Positions 1-9,312 of a stretch of 64,000 nucleotides of DNA are shown here, piece by piece. The stretch lies in the NCBI GenBank assembly GCA_963764165.1, contig CAVXRD010000001.1, positions 896,001-960,000 of the forward strand. Direction: 5' to 3'. The position numbers and the translations under genes were made by a program. Positions within the stretch are counted from its first letter, which is position 1. Every line of letters starts with the position of its first letter. The DNA comes from an uncultured Verrucomicrobiae bacterium. GTDB lineage: Bacteria; Verrucomicrobiota; Verrucomicrobiia; Limisphaerales; Palsa-1400. The notes beneath the pieces were generated by a model. The model was not told where the DNA came from. It did not search any database and was given only the letters and a program-made list of their open reading frames with translations.

Positions 1-121
1 AATCCGAGAGGGCTGGGCGCGGATTTGCCATGGATTGGCGGACCTGCTCAGGGGTGGCTTCCGCCGAGCAGGCCATTAGAGCATCCAGCGGAAGCACGTT
101 AAACTCACTTACAAAACTCAC
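1..121 (-). CDS. 5' end of a gene running off the window; resembles the ThiH (2-iminoacetate synthase) N-terminus
   Basis: GTG at 121 opens a frame to position 1: MSFVSEFNVLPLDALMACSAEATPEQVRQSMANPRPALSD. The ThiH resemblance is recalled, and only 40 codons are visible. Confidence 0.4.
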   Translation of the reverse strand, partial: MSFVSEFNVLPLDALMACSAEATPEQVRQSMANPRPALSD

Positions 122-418
122 GTTGAGGACGATAACAAAGGATGGCGGAATGTCGAACAAGGAACTAGGGAGGGGAAAGATTTAATCAGGAACGACCAAA
201 CTCAGGAAAAGAGGCAAAGGTTGCTTTTCAAAAGACGGGAGTGAGAAGAATTAATGGGACCTAAGCCTTGCGGATGCAAATTAGCCTTCGCGTGAAACCG
301 AGTGAGGCCTCTTTTCCTGAGTTCGGTTGTTCCGGATTAAAATTCTTTCCCAATTTCGGTTGCCAATGGCATTCAAAACGTGTTACATCATGGGGCGTTC
401 GCAGGTTAAACCGCCCGA

Positions 419-883
419 ATGAAAACTCTTCTTTTTGCCTTCGCCTTTGTCGCGGCATTCTTTGCCGTGCCTTTGCTTGATGCTCAAAACTACAGCATCA
501 ATTGGCATACGGTGGCCGGGGGCGGCGGCTCCAGCGCGGGCACGGATGGAACCAATTCCTATTCTGTCACCGGCACTATCGGGCAGCCCGCCACCGCCAC
601 CATGGCGGGCGGCGCTTACTCGCTCACCGGCGGTTTTTGGAGCTTCCTAGCCGCGGTGCAAACGCCGGGTTCGCCAGTGCTGACGATTACCCGTTCTGGA
701 AAACAGGCGGTCATTTCCTGGAATGCTTCGGCAGGCGGATTCGCGTTGCAGCAAACCTCCACTTTGGCCGCCAAGGCGTGGTCATTTTCATCGGCACCCC
801 TGACAACCAACGGTTCAACCATTTCAGCCAGCGTTTCAATAACCAATGGCGGCTACCAGTATTTCCGCCTCATTGCCCAGTAA
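419..883 (+). CDS. Small secreted protein with Verrucomicrobia-type C-terminal domain
   Basis: Signal peptide MKTLLFAFAFVAAFFAVPLLDA, then YSINWHTVAGGGG...YSLTGGFWS; ends YQYFRLIAQ. Confidence 0.8.
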   Translation: MKTLLFAFAFVAAFFAVPLLDAQNYSINWHTVAGGGGSSAGTDGTNSYSVTGTIGQPATATMAGGAYSLTGGFWSFLAAVQTPGSPVLTITRSGKQAVISWNASAGGFALQQTSTLAAKAWSFSSAPLTTNGSTISASVSITNGGYQYFRLIAQ

Positions 884-911
884 CCATCCAATCCTGGATA
901 AAACCAAAACC

Positions 912-3884
912 ATGATCCACCCGACGTTTCGCACCTATCGCCGGCGCGCAGCCGCATTGCTCGCGTGCGCTATTGCCGTTTCCATCTCCATTCACGCCAG
1001 CCCTTCTGCGCTCCAAACGCTTCACGGCCATGTGCCGGCGGCGGCGACGAAGGCTAAACCCGTCTCCAAATTGGATGAGACCACCCACCTGTCCCTGGCC
1101 ATCGGCCTTCCCGCGCGCAATCAAGCCGATCTGACGGCGCTTGTGCATGACCTTTACGACCCGGCCAGCCCCCAATTTCACAAGTATCTGAAGCCCGCCG
1201 AGTTCGCGGCGCGCTTCGGCCCAACCGAGGAAGACTATGCCGCCGTGAAGGCTTACATGGAATCCAATGGATTGCGCGTCACCCAGACGCATTCCAACCG
1301 TCTGCTCGTTGATGTCGACGGTCCCGTGGCGTCGATCCAAAAGGCATTTCATGTCAATATGAATGTCTTCCAGCATCCCAAGGAGAACCGCACCTATTAT
1401 GCGCCGGACAAAGAGCCGTCGCTGGATGCGAACCTGCGCGTCCAGCACATTGCGGGCTTGAACAGTTACCAGCTTCCCAAACCGCTGGTGGTGAAGAGTT
1501 CGAACTCGAATCACACCGAGACCCTCAGCGGCACCGCTCCCGGCGGCAATTTCATGGGCCGCGATTTTCGCAACGCCTACGCTCCCGGCGTGACGCTGTC
1601 TGGCGCGGGCCAATCCGTGGCCCTGGTAGAGTTTGACACTTATTACGCAAAGGACATCACCACTTACGAAACGACCGCGAACCTGCCCGCCGTGAAGCTC
1701 GTCAACGTTCCCATTGATGGATTCAGCAGCGCGCCCGGCGGCGGCGCGATTGAAGTCTCGCTGGACATTGAAATGGCAATTGCGATGGCGCCAGGGTTAT
1801 CGCAAGTCCTCGTTTACGAGGAGGATTACGGCGCGGCAAACGGGGGCGATGACATGCTGAATCAAATGGCTGTCGATGACGCCGCGAACCAAATCTCTTG
1901 CAGTTGGATTTTTGAAATTGATGCGACCACCGACACCATATTCCAGCAGATGGCGGCGCAGGGCCAGTCGTTCTTCACTGCCTGCGGCGACAGTGGCGCC
2001 TATAATTACAATCCGCTGCCCCTTGATTCTGACGCAAACATTATGGTTGTCGGCGGCACAACGCTGACTACGACGGGAGGGGGGGCGGCCTACGTTTCGG
2101 AAACTGTCTGGCAAGGCGCGACAAACTCCAATTATGGCCCGGGCGTGGCTGGCAGCGGCGGCATTAGCAGTGTCTACCCGATCCCATATTGGCAACAGCC
2201 GGTGAACATGTCCTCCAACCTCGGTTCAACGGTCTGGCGCAATGTTCCGGACATTTCCATGACGGCTGACCAGGTCTATGTCACTTACGACAATGGCGCA
2301 ACCACCTCGGTCGGCGGTACGAGTTGCGCAGCCCCTTTGTGGGCTGGATACACCGCGCTGATCAATCAGCAGGCAGCCCTGTATGGCCGCCCGCCGGCTG
2401 GCTTCCTGAACCCAGCCCTCTACAACTTGGCTCATACTTCGCTCTACACGAATTACTTTCACGACACCGTCACCGGCAATAATACGAATTTAAGCGGAAC
2501 AAACAGGTTTTACGCCATGCCTGGCTACGACCTCTGCACCGGCTGGGGGACTCCGGTTGGGCAGGCGCTCATCAACGCGCTTTCGCCGCCGGACAGCCTC
2601 TTTTTTGAGCCAAGCGCAGGGATCAGTTTTTCAATCTTCGGCAAAGGCAGCGTCGCCGGTCAGACGCGCGCGGTCATCTTCACCAACACCGAACTGACCA
2701 CCGTCGAGTGGTCCGCCGGCCCGCGCCCATCGTGGCTGACCATGCCGGTGGTCAAAGCGGCACTTACAAACTTCGGCAGCTCGGCGGTGACATTTACGGT
2801 GGCGACCGCCGCATCCAGCCTTCCGGCGGGAACTTACATGACAAACCTTGTAATTACGAACCTCGATTCAGGGGTCCTTCATATTTTCCCCGTCACACTG
2901 GTGGTCAAGGATCCGCTATCTGTTTCGTTGACAAATAATTTTCTCGTCACCGGCCCGTCTGGGGGGCCATTCACTCCCGCTGCTCCGACGGTCCTGTTGA
3001 GCAACGCCAGCCCAATTACGATTAACTGGACGGCGCAAACCGCTTCGCCGTATTTCACCATGTCGCCCAGCAATGGAACATTCACACCGGGGATGACGAC
3101 CAACGTGTTCGTCACGCCGACGGCTGCGGCCAGCAATCTGTTGATCACCGTCCAAACTGGCAGCCTCGGCTTCACCGACACGACAACCGGGGCGACGATC
3201 AGCCAGCCCTTCACGATTGACGTGGGGAATGGCGATTTTGAGACGGGAGATTTTTCCTATTGGAACTTTAACGCGCAAGATTTCCCGGCAAATTTCGTGG
3301 GAGCCGTCACAAACGGCTGGAACGACTTTGACGGCTACGACTATATTCTATCTGGCGAATTTAGCGCGGTTCTCGGCCAGACAAATGAGCTCGGCTCAAT
3401 TACGCAAACGCTCGTTACCACTCCGGGACAGGCTTACGTGATCTCGCTGTTTATTGACAATCCCGTCGGCGGGGCGACAAATCAGTTCGTCGTAAAATGG
3501 AACGGCTACACGCTCTACAGCAAATTGGAAGTGCCGGTCATCCATTGGACCAACATGCTCCTGCTGGCTTCTTCTGCTACCACAAATTCCACGCTGGAAA
3601 TTGATTTTCGAAACGACCCGGACTATTTCGGATTGGATAACATTACGGTAACGCCAATCTCGCAGCCGCAATTCAGTTCGTTTTCGGTCGGGGCCAGCAC
3701 GATTCAATTTCAGTGGCCCGCCATCACCGGATATCTGTATCGCCTGCAATACACCACCAATCTGGCGGGGCCTTGGACATATTTCGGGAACAACATCAAG
3801 GCGACGAATTCGATTATGACGCTCACCGAACCGCTGCCGGTGGACTTGGTTCGCTATTACCGGTTGGTCTTGAGCGGGTTGTAA
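912..3884 (+). CDS. Secreted S53 (sedolisin/kumamolisin) serine protease with pro-domain and C-terminal Ig/BACON-like and carbohydrate-binding-like domains
   Basis: Signal peptide after ATG 912; pro-domain with FAARFGPT; catalytic motifs EVSLDIE, GDSG, GGTSCAAP; Ca site GYDLCTGWGTP; ends RYYRLVLSGL. Confidence 0.92.
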   Translation: MIHPTFRTYRRRAAALLACAIAVSISIHASPSALQTLHGHVPAAATKAKPVSKLDETTHLSLAIGLPARNQADLTALVHDLYDPASPQFHKYLKPAEFAARFGPTEEDYAAVKAYMESNGLRVTQTHSNRLLVDVDGPVASIQKAFHVNMNVFQHPKENRTYYAPDKEPSLDANLRVQHIAGLNSYQLPKPLVVKSSNSNHTETLSGTAPGGNFMGRDFRNAYAPGVTLSGAGQSVALVEFDTYYAKDITTYETTANLPAVKLVNVPIDGFSSAPGGGAIEVSLDIEMAIAMAPGLSQVLVYEEDYGAANGGDDMLNQMAVDDAANQISCSWIFEIDATTDTIFQQMAAQGQSFFTACGDSGAYNYNPLPLDSDANIMVVGGTTLTTTGGGAAYVSETVWQGATNSNYGPGVAGSGGISSVYPIPYWQQPVNMSSNLGSTVWRNVPDISMTADQVYVTYDNGATTSVGGTSCAAPLWAGYTALINQQAALYGRPPAGFLNPALYNLAHTSLYTNYFHDTVTGNNTNLSGTNRFYAMPGYDLCTGWGTPVGQALINALSPPDSLFFEPSAGISFSIFGKGSVAGQTRAVIFTNTELTTVEWSAGPRPSWLTMPVVKAALTNFGSSAVTFTVATAASSLPAGTYMTNLVITNLDSGVLHIFPVTLVVKDPLSVSLTNNFLVTGPSGGPFTPAAPTVLLSNASPITINWTAQTASPYFTMSPSNGTFTPGMTTNVFVTPTAAASNLLITVQTGSLGFTDTTTGATISQPFTIDVGNGDFETGDFSYWNFNAQDFPANFVGAVTNGWNDFDGYDYILSGEFSAVLGQTNELGSITQTLVTTPGQAYVISLFIDNPVGGATNQFVVKWNGYTLYSKLEVPVIHWTNMLLLASSATTNSTLEIDFRNDPDYFGLDNITVTPISQPQFSSFSVGASTIQFQWPAITGYLYRLQYTTNLAGPWTYFGNNIKATNSIMTLTEPLPVDLVRYYRLVLSGL

Positions 3885-3897
3885 TGAAGCCAGGCAG

Positions 3898-3985
3898 GGG
3901 ACGCCTCGCCGAGGCGTCCGGGGACTTTCGCAGGCCCGACGTGTTCGAATAATGCCACGGCCCGGACGCATCGGCGACGCGTCCC
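3898..3985. repeat. REP-like inverted palindrome doublet
   Basis: GGGACGCCTCGCCGAGGCGTCCGG (3898-3921) and inverted CCGGACGCATCGGCGACGCGTCCC (3962-3985); the same family recurs at 17389-17634. Confidence 0.8.
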
Positions 3986-3999
3986 GGCCTTTTTAAGAT

Positions 4000-4027
4000 T
4001 TGCCGGGGGCGCGCTCTCCCGTATAGT
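4000..4027 (+). promoter_or_regulatory. Putative sigma70 promoter of nadA (leaderless spacing)
   Basis: TTGCCG-N16-TATAGT, with the ATG at 4034 after a 6-nt gap and no room for a Shine-Dalgarno. Confidence 0.5.
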
Positions 4028-4033
4028 GTCGCC

Positions 4034-5050
4034 ATGATTGAGCTGGCCGAACGAGGGCGCGCGCAGGAGTCGGATTTTGTGACGCGCATTCCCCTGCCGC
4101 CGCAGCGCCTTGACGCGCTCTCCCGCGATATTCTCGCGCTCAAGAAAGAGCTGAACGCCGTCATCCTGGCCCACAATTATCAGGTGCCGGAAATTCAGGA
4201 TGTCGCGGATTTTGTGGGTGATTCCCTGGGACTTTCACAACAGGCGGCTAAAACGCAAGCGGATGTCATCGTTTTCTGCGGCGTTCATTTCATGGCGGAA
4301 ACCGCCAAAATACTGAATCCCAACAAGATCGTCCTGCTGCCGGATAAGAATGCCGGCTGCTCATTGGAAAGCAGTTGTCCCGCGCCGAAGCTGGCGGCAT
4401 TGCAAGCCACCAATCCCAATTTTTACACCATCGCCTATATCAATTGCAGCGCGGACGTGAAAGCGTTGAGCGATGTGATTTGCACCAGCGGCAACGCCGT
4501 TAAAATCGTGCAGGCAGCCCCCAAGGATCGCGATTTGCTGTTCGTGCCGGACGAAAATCTAGGCGCGTGGGTCATGGAGCAAACCGGGCGCAAAATGACA
4601 TTGTGGCAGGGAAATTGTTACGCGCACGTGGAGTTTACGCACGCTGGCATCACACGCATCCGCCGGGAATTTCCCGACGCCCCGCTGGTGGCCCATCCGG
4701 AGTGCGTCAAAGCCGTCCGCATGCTGGCCGACGAGGTTTGTTCGACGGAAAAAATGGTGGATTTTTGCAAGCGCAGCCCGGCGCCGGTCTTTTTAATCGC
4801 GACCGAGGCCGGCATGATTCACCGCCTGAACAAGGAATGCCCCGGGAAGCGGTTCGTGCCGGTGCCAGTGGAAAATTGCCGTTGCAACGAGTGCAAATTC
4901 ATGAAGATGAATACGCTCGAAAAACTTTACGACTGCATGGTGAGCCAGGCGCCACGCGTTGAATTAAGCGAGGCGATCATCAAACGCGCCCGCCTGCCGA
5001 TTGACCGGATGCTTGAGATTTCGTCTCAGCCAATTGCGAACGCGGGATGA
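4034..5050 (+). CDS. nadA: Quinolinate synthase A
   Basis: Motifs ILAHNYQ, GDSL, FCGVHFMAETAKILNP, AGCSL, YINCSA, AHPEC, CKFMKMNTL. Confidence 0.97.
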   Translation: MIELAERGRAQESDFVTRIPLPPQRLDALSRDILALKKELNAVILAHNYQVPEIQDVADFVGDSLGLSQQAAKTQADVIVFCGVHFMAETAKILNPNKIVLLPDKNAGCSLESSCPAPKLAALQATNPNFYTIAYINCSADVKALSDVICTSGNAVKIVQAAPKDRDLLFVPDENLGAWVMEQTGRKMTLWQGNCYAHVEFTHAGITRIRREFPDAPLVAHPECVKAVRMLADEVCSTEKMVDFCKRSPAPVFLIATEAGMIHRLNKECPGKRFVPVPVENCRCNECKFMKMNTLEKLYDCMVSQAPRVELSEAIIKRARLPIDRMLEISSQPIANAG

Positions 5051-5120
5051 TCTGCCCGCAATCGTATAGGTCCTATAAGTCATATCAGTCCTATTCCTCC
5101 TATAAAAGGCAGCCCCCTGA

Positions 5121-5149
5121 TTGACGAACTCCCCCAGAAGCCCCATACT
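5121..5149 (+). promoter_or_regulatory. Putative sigma70 promoter
   Basis: TTGACG-N17-CATACT, with the ATG at 5157. Confidence 0.55.
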
Positions 5150-5156
5150 GACTGGC

Positions 5157-6344
5157 ATGAAGCTTAGAAGTCTGCCCGTCCTCCTTTTTGTGGCGGCAGC
5201 GTCCCTCCTCTTTGGTATTCGTTGTGTTGTTGCTGCCTCCGATGGCCCTCGGTCGTCGCTGCCCATTGTTTACGTTCAAGTCTCCAATCCGCTCGCGTCG
5301 GAGCCCGGCGGCAATCCTGGTTCGTTCACCATTTTTCGCTCCGGAAATACAAACACTTCCTTCACGCTGCCAATTTCCCTTGCTGGCACCGCCACCAACG
5401 GCGTTGCCTATGCAGCCATTTCCACCAATATCACCTTCGCGGTGGGTGAGGAATCCACGAACATCGTCGTGACGCCCGAAATCGTGCCGGGCGCGACCGG
5501 TTACAAGACGGTGGTGCTGAATGTCCCTCGCGATAGGGTGAACCGGGGAACGGCGCCCGAATATAATGTGGGCGCTTCCAGCCGGGCCATTGTCTATATC
5601 GTTTACAATTACACCAATATCGCCCCCAAGGTCAGCCTTCTCTCGCCCACCAACGGCGCATCCTACCTCTCGATGCCGAATATCGCCCTGACGGCGACGG
5701 CAAAAGATTCCAACGGCTGGATCACGAGCGTGCAGTTTTTCGCCAATGGCGTCAGCGTTGGCACGGTCACAAATTACCTTGTCGGAGATGGTTACGGGCG
5801 CTCTCTGATCATCCGCGAATCGCATGGCGCCGTCTTCCCGACGGTCTCAAAATCGGTGGATTCGCGCTACGCGTTGGTGTGGACGAATGTCCCGCCGGGC
5901 GCATACAGCTTGACCGCCGTGGCAACGGATAATGCCGGATTGCAGACAACTTCCGCCGCCGTGCAAATCACCGTTACGCCAACATTGCCGAAGGCCATGG
6001 TTCGCATCATAAATCCGGCCAACGGCGCGAGTTTTCCTGCTTTGGCCCCGATCAATATTGTCGCGGCCGCGGGCGAAACAAACGGGGTCGTCAATACGGT
6101 GGAGTTTTTCGTGAATGGAACCAACAGCATCGGCGCCGCCACCAACTATTTGGCAGCCGAGCCGTTCAGCCGGTCATCGCAGCATTCGGCCTGGCTCCCG
6201 TTCTACTTTCAGTGGACCAACGCGCCCATCGGCACTAATGCGCTGACCGCCGTGGTGACCGACAACAACGGAACGACGGCCACGTCCGCGCCGGTGATCA
6301 TCAACATTTCGACGAACGAATTCCATCGTCATCATTGGTGGTAA
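5157..6344 (+). CDS. Secreted protein with a Calx-beta-like domain and two bacterial Ig-like (Big_7 type) domains
   Basis: Signal peptide; ASEPGGNPGSFTIFRSG...LAGTATNG; two repeats of P.V.LxxPxNGASF...VxFFxNG...WTNxPxGxxxLTAVxTDNxG. Confidence 0.8.
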   Translation: MKLRSLPVLLFVAAASLLFGIRCVVAASDGPRSSLPIVYVQVSNPLASEPGGNPGSFTIFRSGNTNTSFTLPISLAGTATNGVAYAAISTNITFAVGEESTNIVVTPEIVPGATGYKTVVLNVPRDRVNRGTAPEYNVGASSRAIVYIVYNYTNIAPKVSLLSPTNGASYLSMPNIALTATAKDSNGWITSVQFFANGVSVGTVTNYLVGDGYGRSLIIRESHGAVFPTVSKSVDSRYALVWTNVPPGAYSLTAVATDNAGLQTTSAAVQITVTPTLPKAMVRIINPANGASFPALAPINIVAAAGETNGVVNTVEFFVNGTNSIGAATNYLAAEPFSRSSQHSAWLPFYFQWTNAPIGTNALTAVVTDNNGTTATSAPVIINISTNEFHRHHWW

Positions 6345-6361
6345 GCTCTCCTTCGGTTGCA

Positions 6362-7387
6362 ATGGATTTTCTAACATTTCCAGAAACGGACCCGACATCA
6401 ATCTACCGCTATCGCGACGGACTTTACGCTGTCGATGTGCTGACGGCAGCGATTTGCCACTTGGATTTGTTCGGCCATCTCGCTTCCCGTCCGTCCGATT
6501 TGCCCACGCTCTGCAAGGCGCTGGAGATTCAGCGGCGCCCGGCCGACGTGATGCTGACTTTGTTCACCGCGATGGGACTGTTGGAAAATCGCGGCGGCGT
6601 CTTCTATTTGACAAAAATGGCGGGCGAACATCTGGTCAAATCCTCGCCATGGTTTATCGGGCCGTATTTCGGGTCGGTCAAGGAACGGCCGGTTTGCCGC
6701 GACATTCTCAACGTGCTGCGCACGGGCCACGCCTCGAATTTCGCCAGCCTGCGGGACGAAAAGCAGTGGAGCAAGGCGATGGAGGACGATGCCTTTGCGA
6801 ATTCCTTCACTGCGGCGATGGATTGCCGGGGCGTCTTTCTCAGCCGCTCGGTGGCGGCGAATCTTGATTGCGCGAAGCATCATCGTTTGCTTGACATTGC
6901 CGGAGGCTCGGGCGTTTACGCCTGCGCCATCGTGGCGCGCCATGCGCATTTGCGGGCGGCGGTTTTGGAGAAGCCGCCGGTGGACCGCGTGACGCGCCGG
7001 AACCTTGAAACGCGCGGCTTCGCGGACCGTGTCGATGTCATCGCAGGCGACATGCTCAACGAGCTGCTGCCCGAGGGATTCGACATGCATCTTTTCTCCA
7101 ACGTGCTCCACGACTGGGACGAAGATCGGGTGCGCCATCTGCTGAAAAAATCGGCGGACGCGCTGCCGGCGGGAGGAATGATTATTATACATGACGCCCA
7201 CATTAATGCGGACAAGACCGGCCCCCTGCCCGTCGCCGCTTACTCCGCGCTCATGATGACCATCACGGAAGGCAAATGCTACTCGGAGACGGAAATGGCG
7301 GAATACTTGACAGAAGCGGGTTTTCGAAAATCCGTCTATACGCCGACGGCCGCTGACCGCAGCATCATCGTCGCCGTGAAGTCTTGA
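6362..7387 (+). CDS. SAM-dependent O-methyltransferase (dimerisation domain plus Methyltransf_2)
   Basis: LLDIAGGSG SAM-binding motif, GDML, SNVLHDW. Confidence 0.88.
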   Translation: MDFLTFPETDPTSIYRYRDGLYAVDVLTAAICHLDLFGHLASRPSDLPTLCKALEIQRRPADVMLTLFTAMGLLENRGGVFYLTKMAGEHLVKSSPWFIGPYFGSVKERPVCRDILNVLRTGHASNFASLRDEKQWSKAMEDDAFANSFTAAMDCRGVFLSRSVAANLDCAKHHRLLDIAGGSGVYACAIVARHAHLRAAVLEKPPVDRVTRRNLETRGFADRVDVIAGDMLNELLPEGFDMHLFSNVLHDWDEDRVRHLLKKSADALPAGGMIIIHDAHINADKTGPLPVAAYSALMMTITEGKCYSETEMAEYLTEAGFRKSVYTPTAADRSIIVAVKS

Positions 7388-7435
7388 ATGATGGATTTCG
7401 CCGCGCCGCAACTTCAAGGGGCGGCGAACAAATTC

Positions 7436-7684
7436 TCAGGAGCGCCGGGAGGGCTTTTCTCCGGCGGCATTTTTGTTTTTTCTGCCCAACAGCCAATACA
7501 CGGGCGCGAATACTGCGAAATTGAAGATGGTGGCCGCGATCCACATCACAACGAGTGCCGCGAGTACAACGAGAATGGCCTGGATAACTCCGGCACCCTT
7601 GCGCAAAAAGTCGAAGAAAACAGAAGTTGCAAGCGCCCCCGCCATTGCGATAGGCGCCAGGATGAACGTCGTGTGCGTTTTCAT
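7436..7684 (-). CDS. Small membrane protein
   Basis: Two hydrophobic segments and a basic C-terminus, directly downstream of lysC. Confidence 0.55.
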   Translation of the reverse strand: MKTHTTFILAPIAMAGALATSVFFDFLRKGAGVIQAILVVLAALVVMWIAATIFNFAVFAPVYWLLGRKNKNAAGEKPSRRS

Positions 7685-7783
7685 GCGATTAATCGAATTT
7701 ACTAATAACACAGTTGATTTCGATACTGAAGCGCAATTTTGAATTTGGCCACAAGCGCGGCGGCCACTCCCCGCTCCCGCGAA

Positions 7784-9007
7784 TCAGACTTGGTTTTCCA
7801 GAAACGCCTTGTGAACCAGCTTCATCGCCTCCTTGCCCTTGGCGATGTCAACAACAACGGAAATCTTGATTTCGCTCGTTGAAATCATCTGGATGTTTAT
7901 CTCCGCATTGGCCAGGACGTCGAACATCCGGGCAGCCACGCCCGGATGACTCCGCATTCCAACGCCAACGATGCTGAGCTTGCCGATTTTTTCGTCGGCG
8001 ATAATTTCGCGCGCACCTATCTTGTGGCGCAGTTCCTCGATGATCTTGGTGGCTTTCAACAAGTCCGGCTTGTCCACGGTGAACGAAAGATCTGTCGACG
8101 GCGCATTTGGCGTCAGGCTGATATTTTGGACGATCATATCGACGTTGATATTGGCGTCGGCGATGGCCTTGAAAACGCGCGCCGACACGCCGGGACGGTC
8201 CGGCACCTGCACCAGCGTTAATTTGGCCTGGTTTTCATCAAGCGAGACGCCGCGAATCACGACGCCTTCCATGCTGCGAGTTTCTTCTTTCACAATGGTT
8301 CCTGGGTTGTCATTGAGGCTGGAGCGGACTTCAAAGGGCACGCCGAATTTTTTGGCGAACTCCACCGAGCGCGATTGCATCACCTTTGCGCCAAGCCCGG
8401 CCAGCTCCAGCATTTCGTCGTAAGAAATTTCGCTCAACTTGGTGGCGTTGGGCACGATGCGCGGATCGGCGGTGTAAACGCCGTCAACATCGGTATAAAT
8501 CTGGCAAAGCTCCGCCTTCAGCGCCGCCGCGAGCGCGATGGCCGTCAAATCCGAACCGCCCCGCCCCAGCGTCGTAATCTGTCCGTCCATCGTCTGGCCT
8601 TGAAATCCGGCGACAATCACGACGCTGCCCTGGTTCAAAAGCGAATGAATGTGGCGCGGCGTGATGTTTTTGATTTTTGCCTTGGTATGAACGCCATCGG
8701 TCATGATGCCGGCCTGCGCGCCAGTCAAAGAAACGGCGGCCACTCCCAGCGCCTGCAAGGCAATGGCAGTCAGCGCGATGGTCGTCTGCTCGCCGGTGGC
8801 CAGGAGCATGTCCATTTCGCGTTCATTAGGCAGCGGCATTAATTGTTTGGCCATCTTGATCAGGCTGTCGGTCACGCCGCTCATCGCTGAGACCACGACC
8901 ACTACCTGGCTGCCCTTGGAATGATAACGAGCCACCCGCTCCGCGACATTTTTGATGCGCTCCGGGTTGGCGACTGAAGTCCCGCCGAATTTCTGTACAA
9001 TCAGCAT
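7784..9007 (-). CDS. lysC: Aspartate kinase (two ACT domains)
   Basis: Start re-set to MLIVQKFGGTSV; motifs VVSAM, TTLGRGGSD, YTDVDGVYTADPR, STSEIKIS. Confidence 0.97.
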   Translation of the reverse strand: MLIVQKFGGTSVANPERIKNVAERVARYHSKGSQVVVVVSAMSGVTDSLIKMAKQLMPLPNEREMDMLLATGEQTTIALTAIALQALGVAAVSLTGAQAGIMTDGVHTKAKIKNITPRHIHSLLNQGSVVIVAGFQGQTMDGQITTLGRGGSDLTAIALAAALKAELCQIYTDVDGVYTADPRIVPNATKLSEISYDEMLELAGLGAKVMQSRSVEFAKKFGVPFEVRSSLNDNPGTIVKEETRSMEGVVIRGVSLDENQAKLTLVQVPDRPGVSARVFKAIADANINVDMIVQNISLTPNAPSTDLSFTVDKPDLLKATKIIEELRHKIGAREIIADEKIGKLSIVGVGMRSHPGVAARMFDVLANAEINIQMISTSEIKISVVVDIAKGKEAMKLVHKAFLENQV

Positions 9008-9312
9008 TTTAACCCGCCGGCCTTTGGTCGGCGGTCGGACAGAGTAAAGTGGATCGCCGGTGAAAGCAATTCGCGTGATTGGGTATTGAAAGGAGAGGCA
9101 ACTTGCTGATGCGTCATGCTTGATGGAATCCGGTTCTGGGATCGTGTGGAATGGCTGCTCGAAAAGACGTTCGGCCCGCGCCGCCGCGAAGACATATCGA
9201 TCCACGGCCATAGCCCGCCGTGGCTGGCGCAATTCGACCGGAAATTAGGAGGGGCCACGGCGAGTTGAAAAAATTTTCGGAAATCGGCGGCTGGTGGGAA
9301 TAGTATTGCAGA

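Noticed and set aside
5066..5104. Low-complexity run TAGGTCCTATAAGTCATATCAGTCCTAT
   Set aside because: It is a short degenerate intergenic repeat seen once in the window, too little to assign a function.
9008..9232. Extended lysC N-terminus or a lysine riboswitch
   Set aside because: Homology starts at MLIVQKFGG (9007), and I could not identify the conserved lysine-riboswitch elements upstream.
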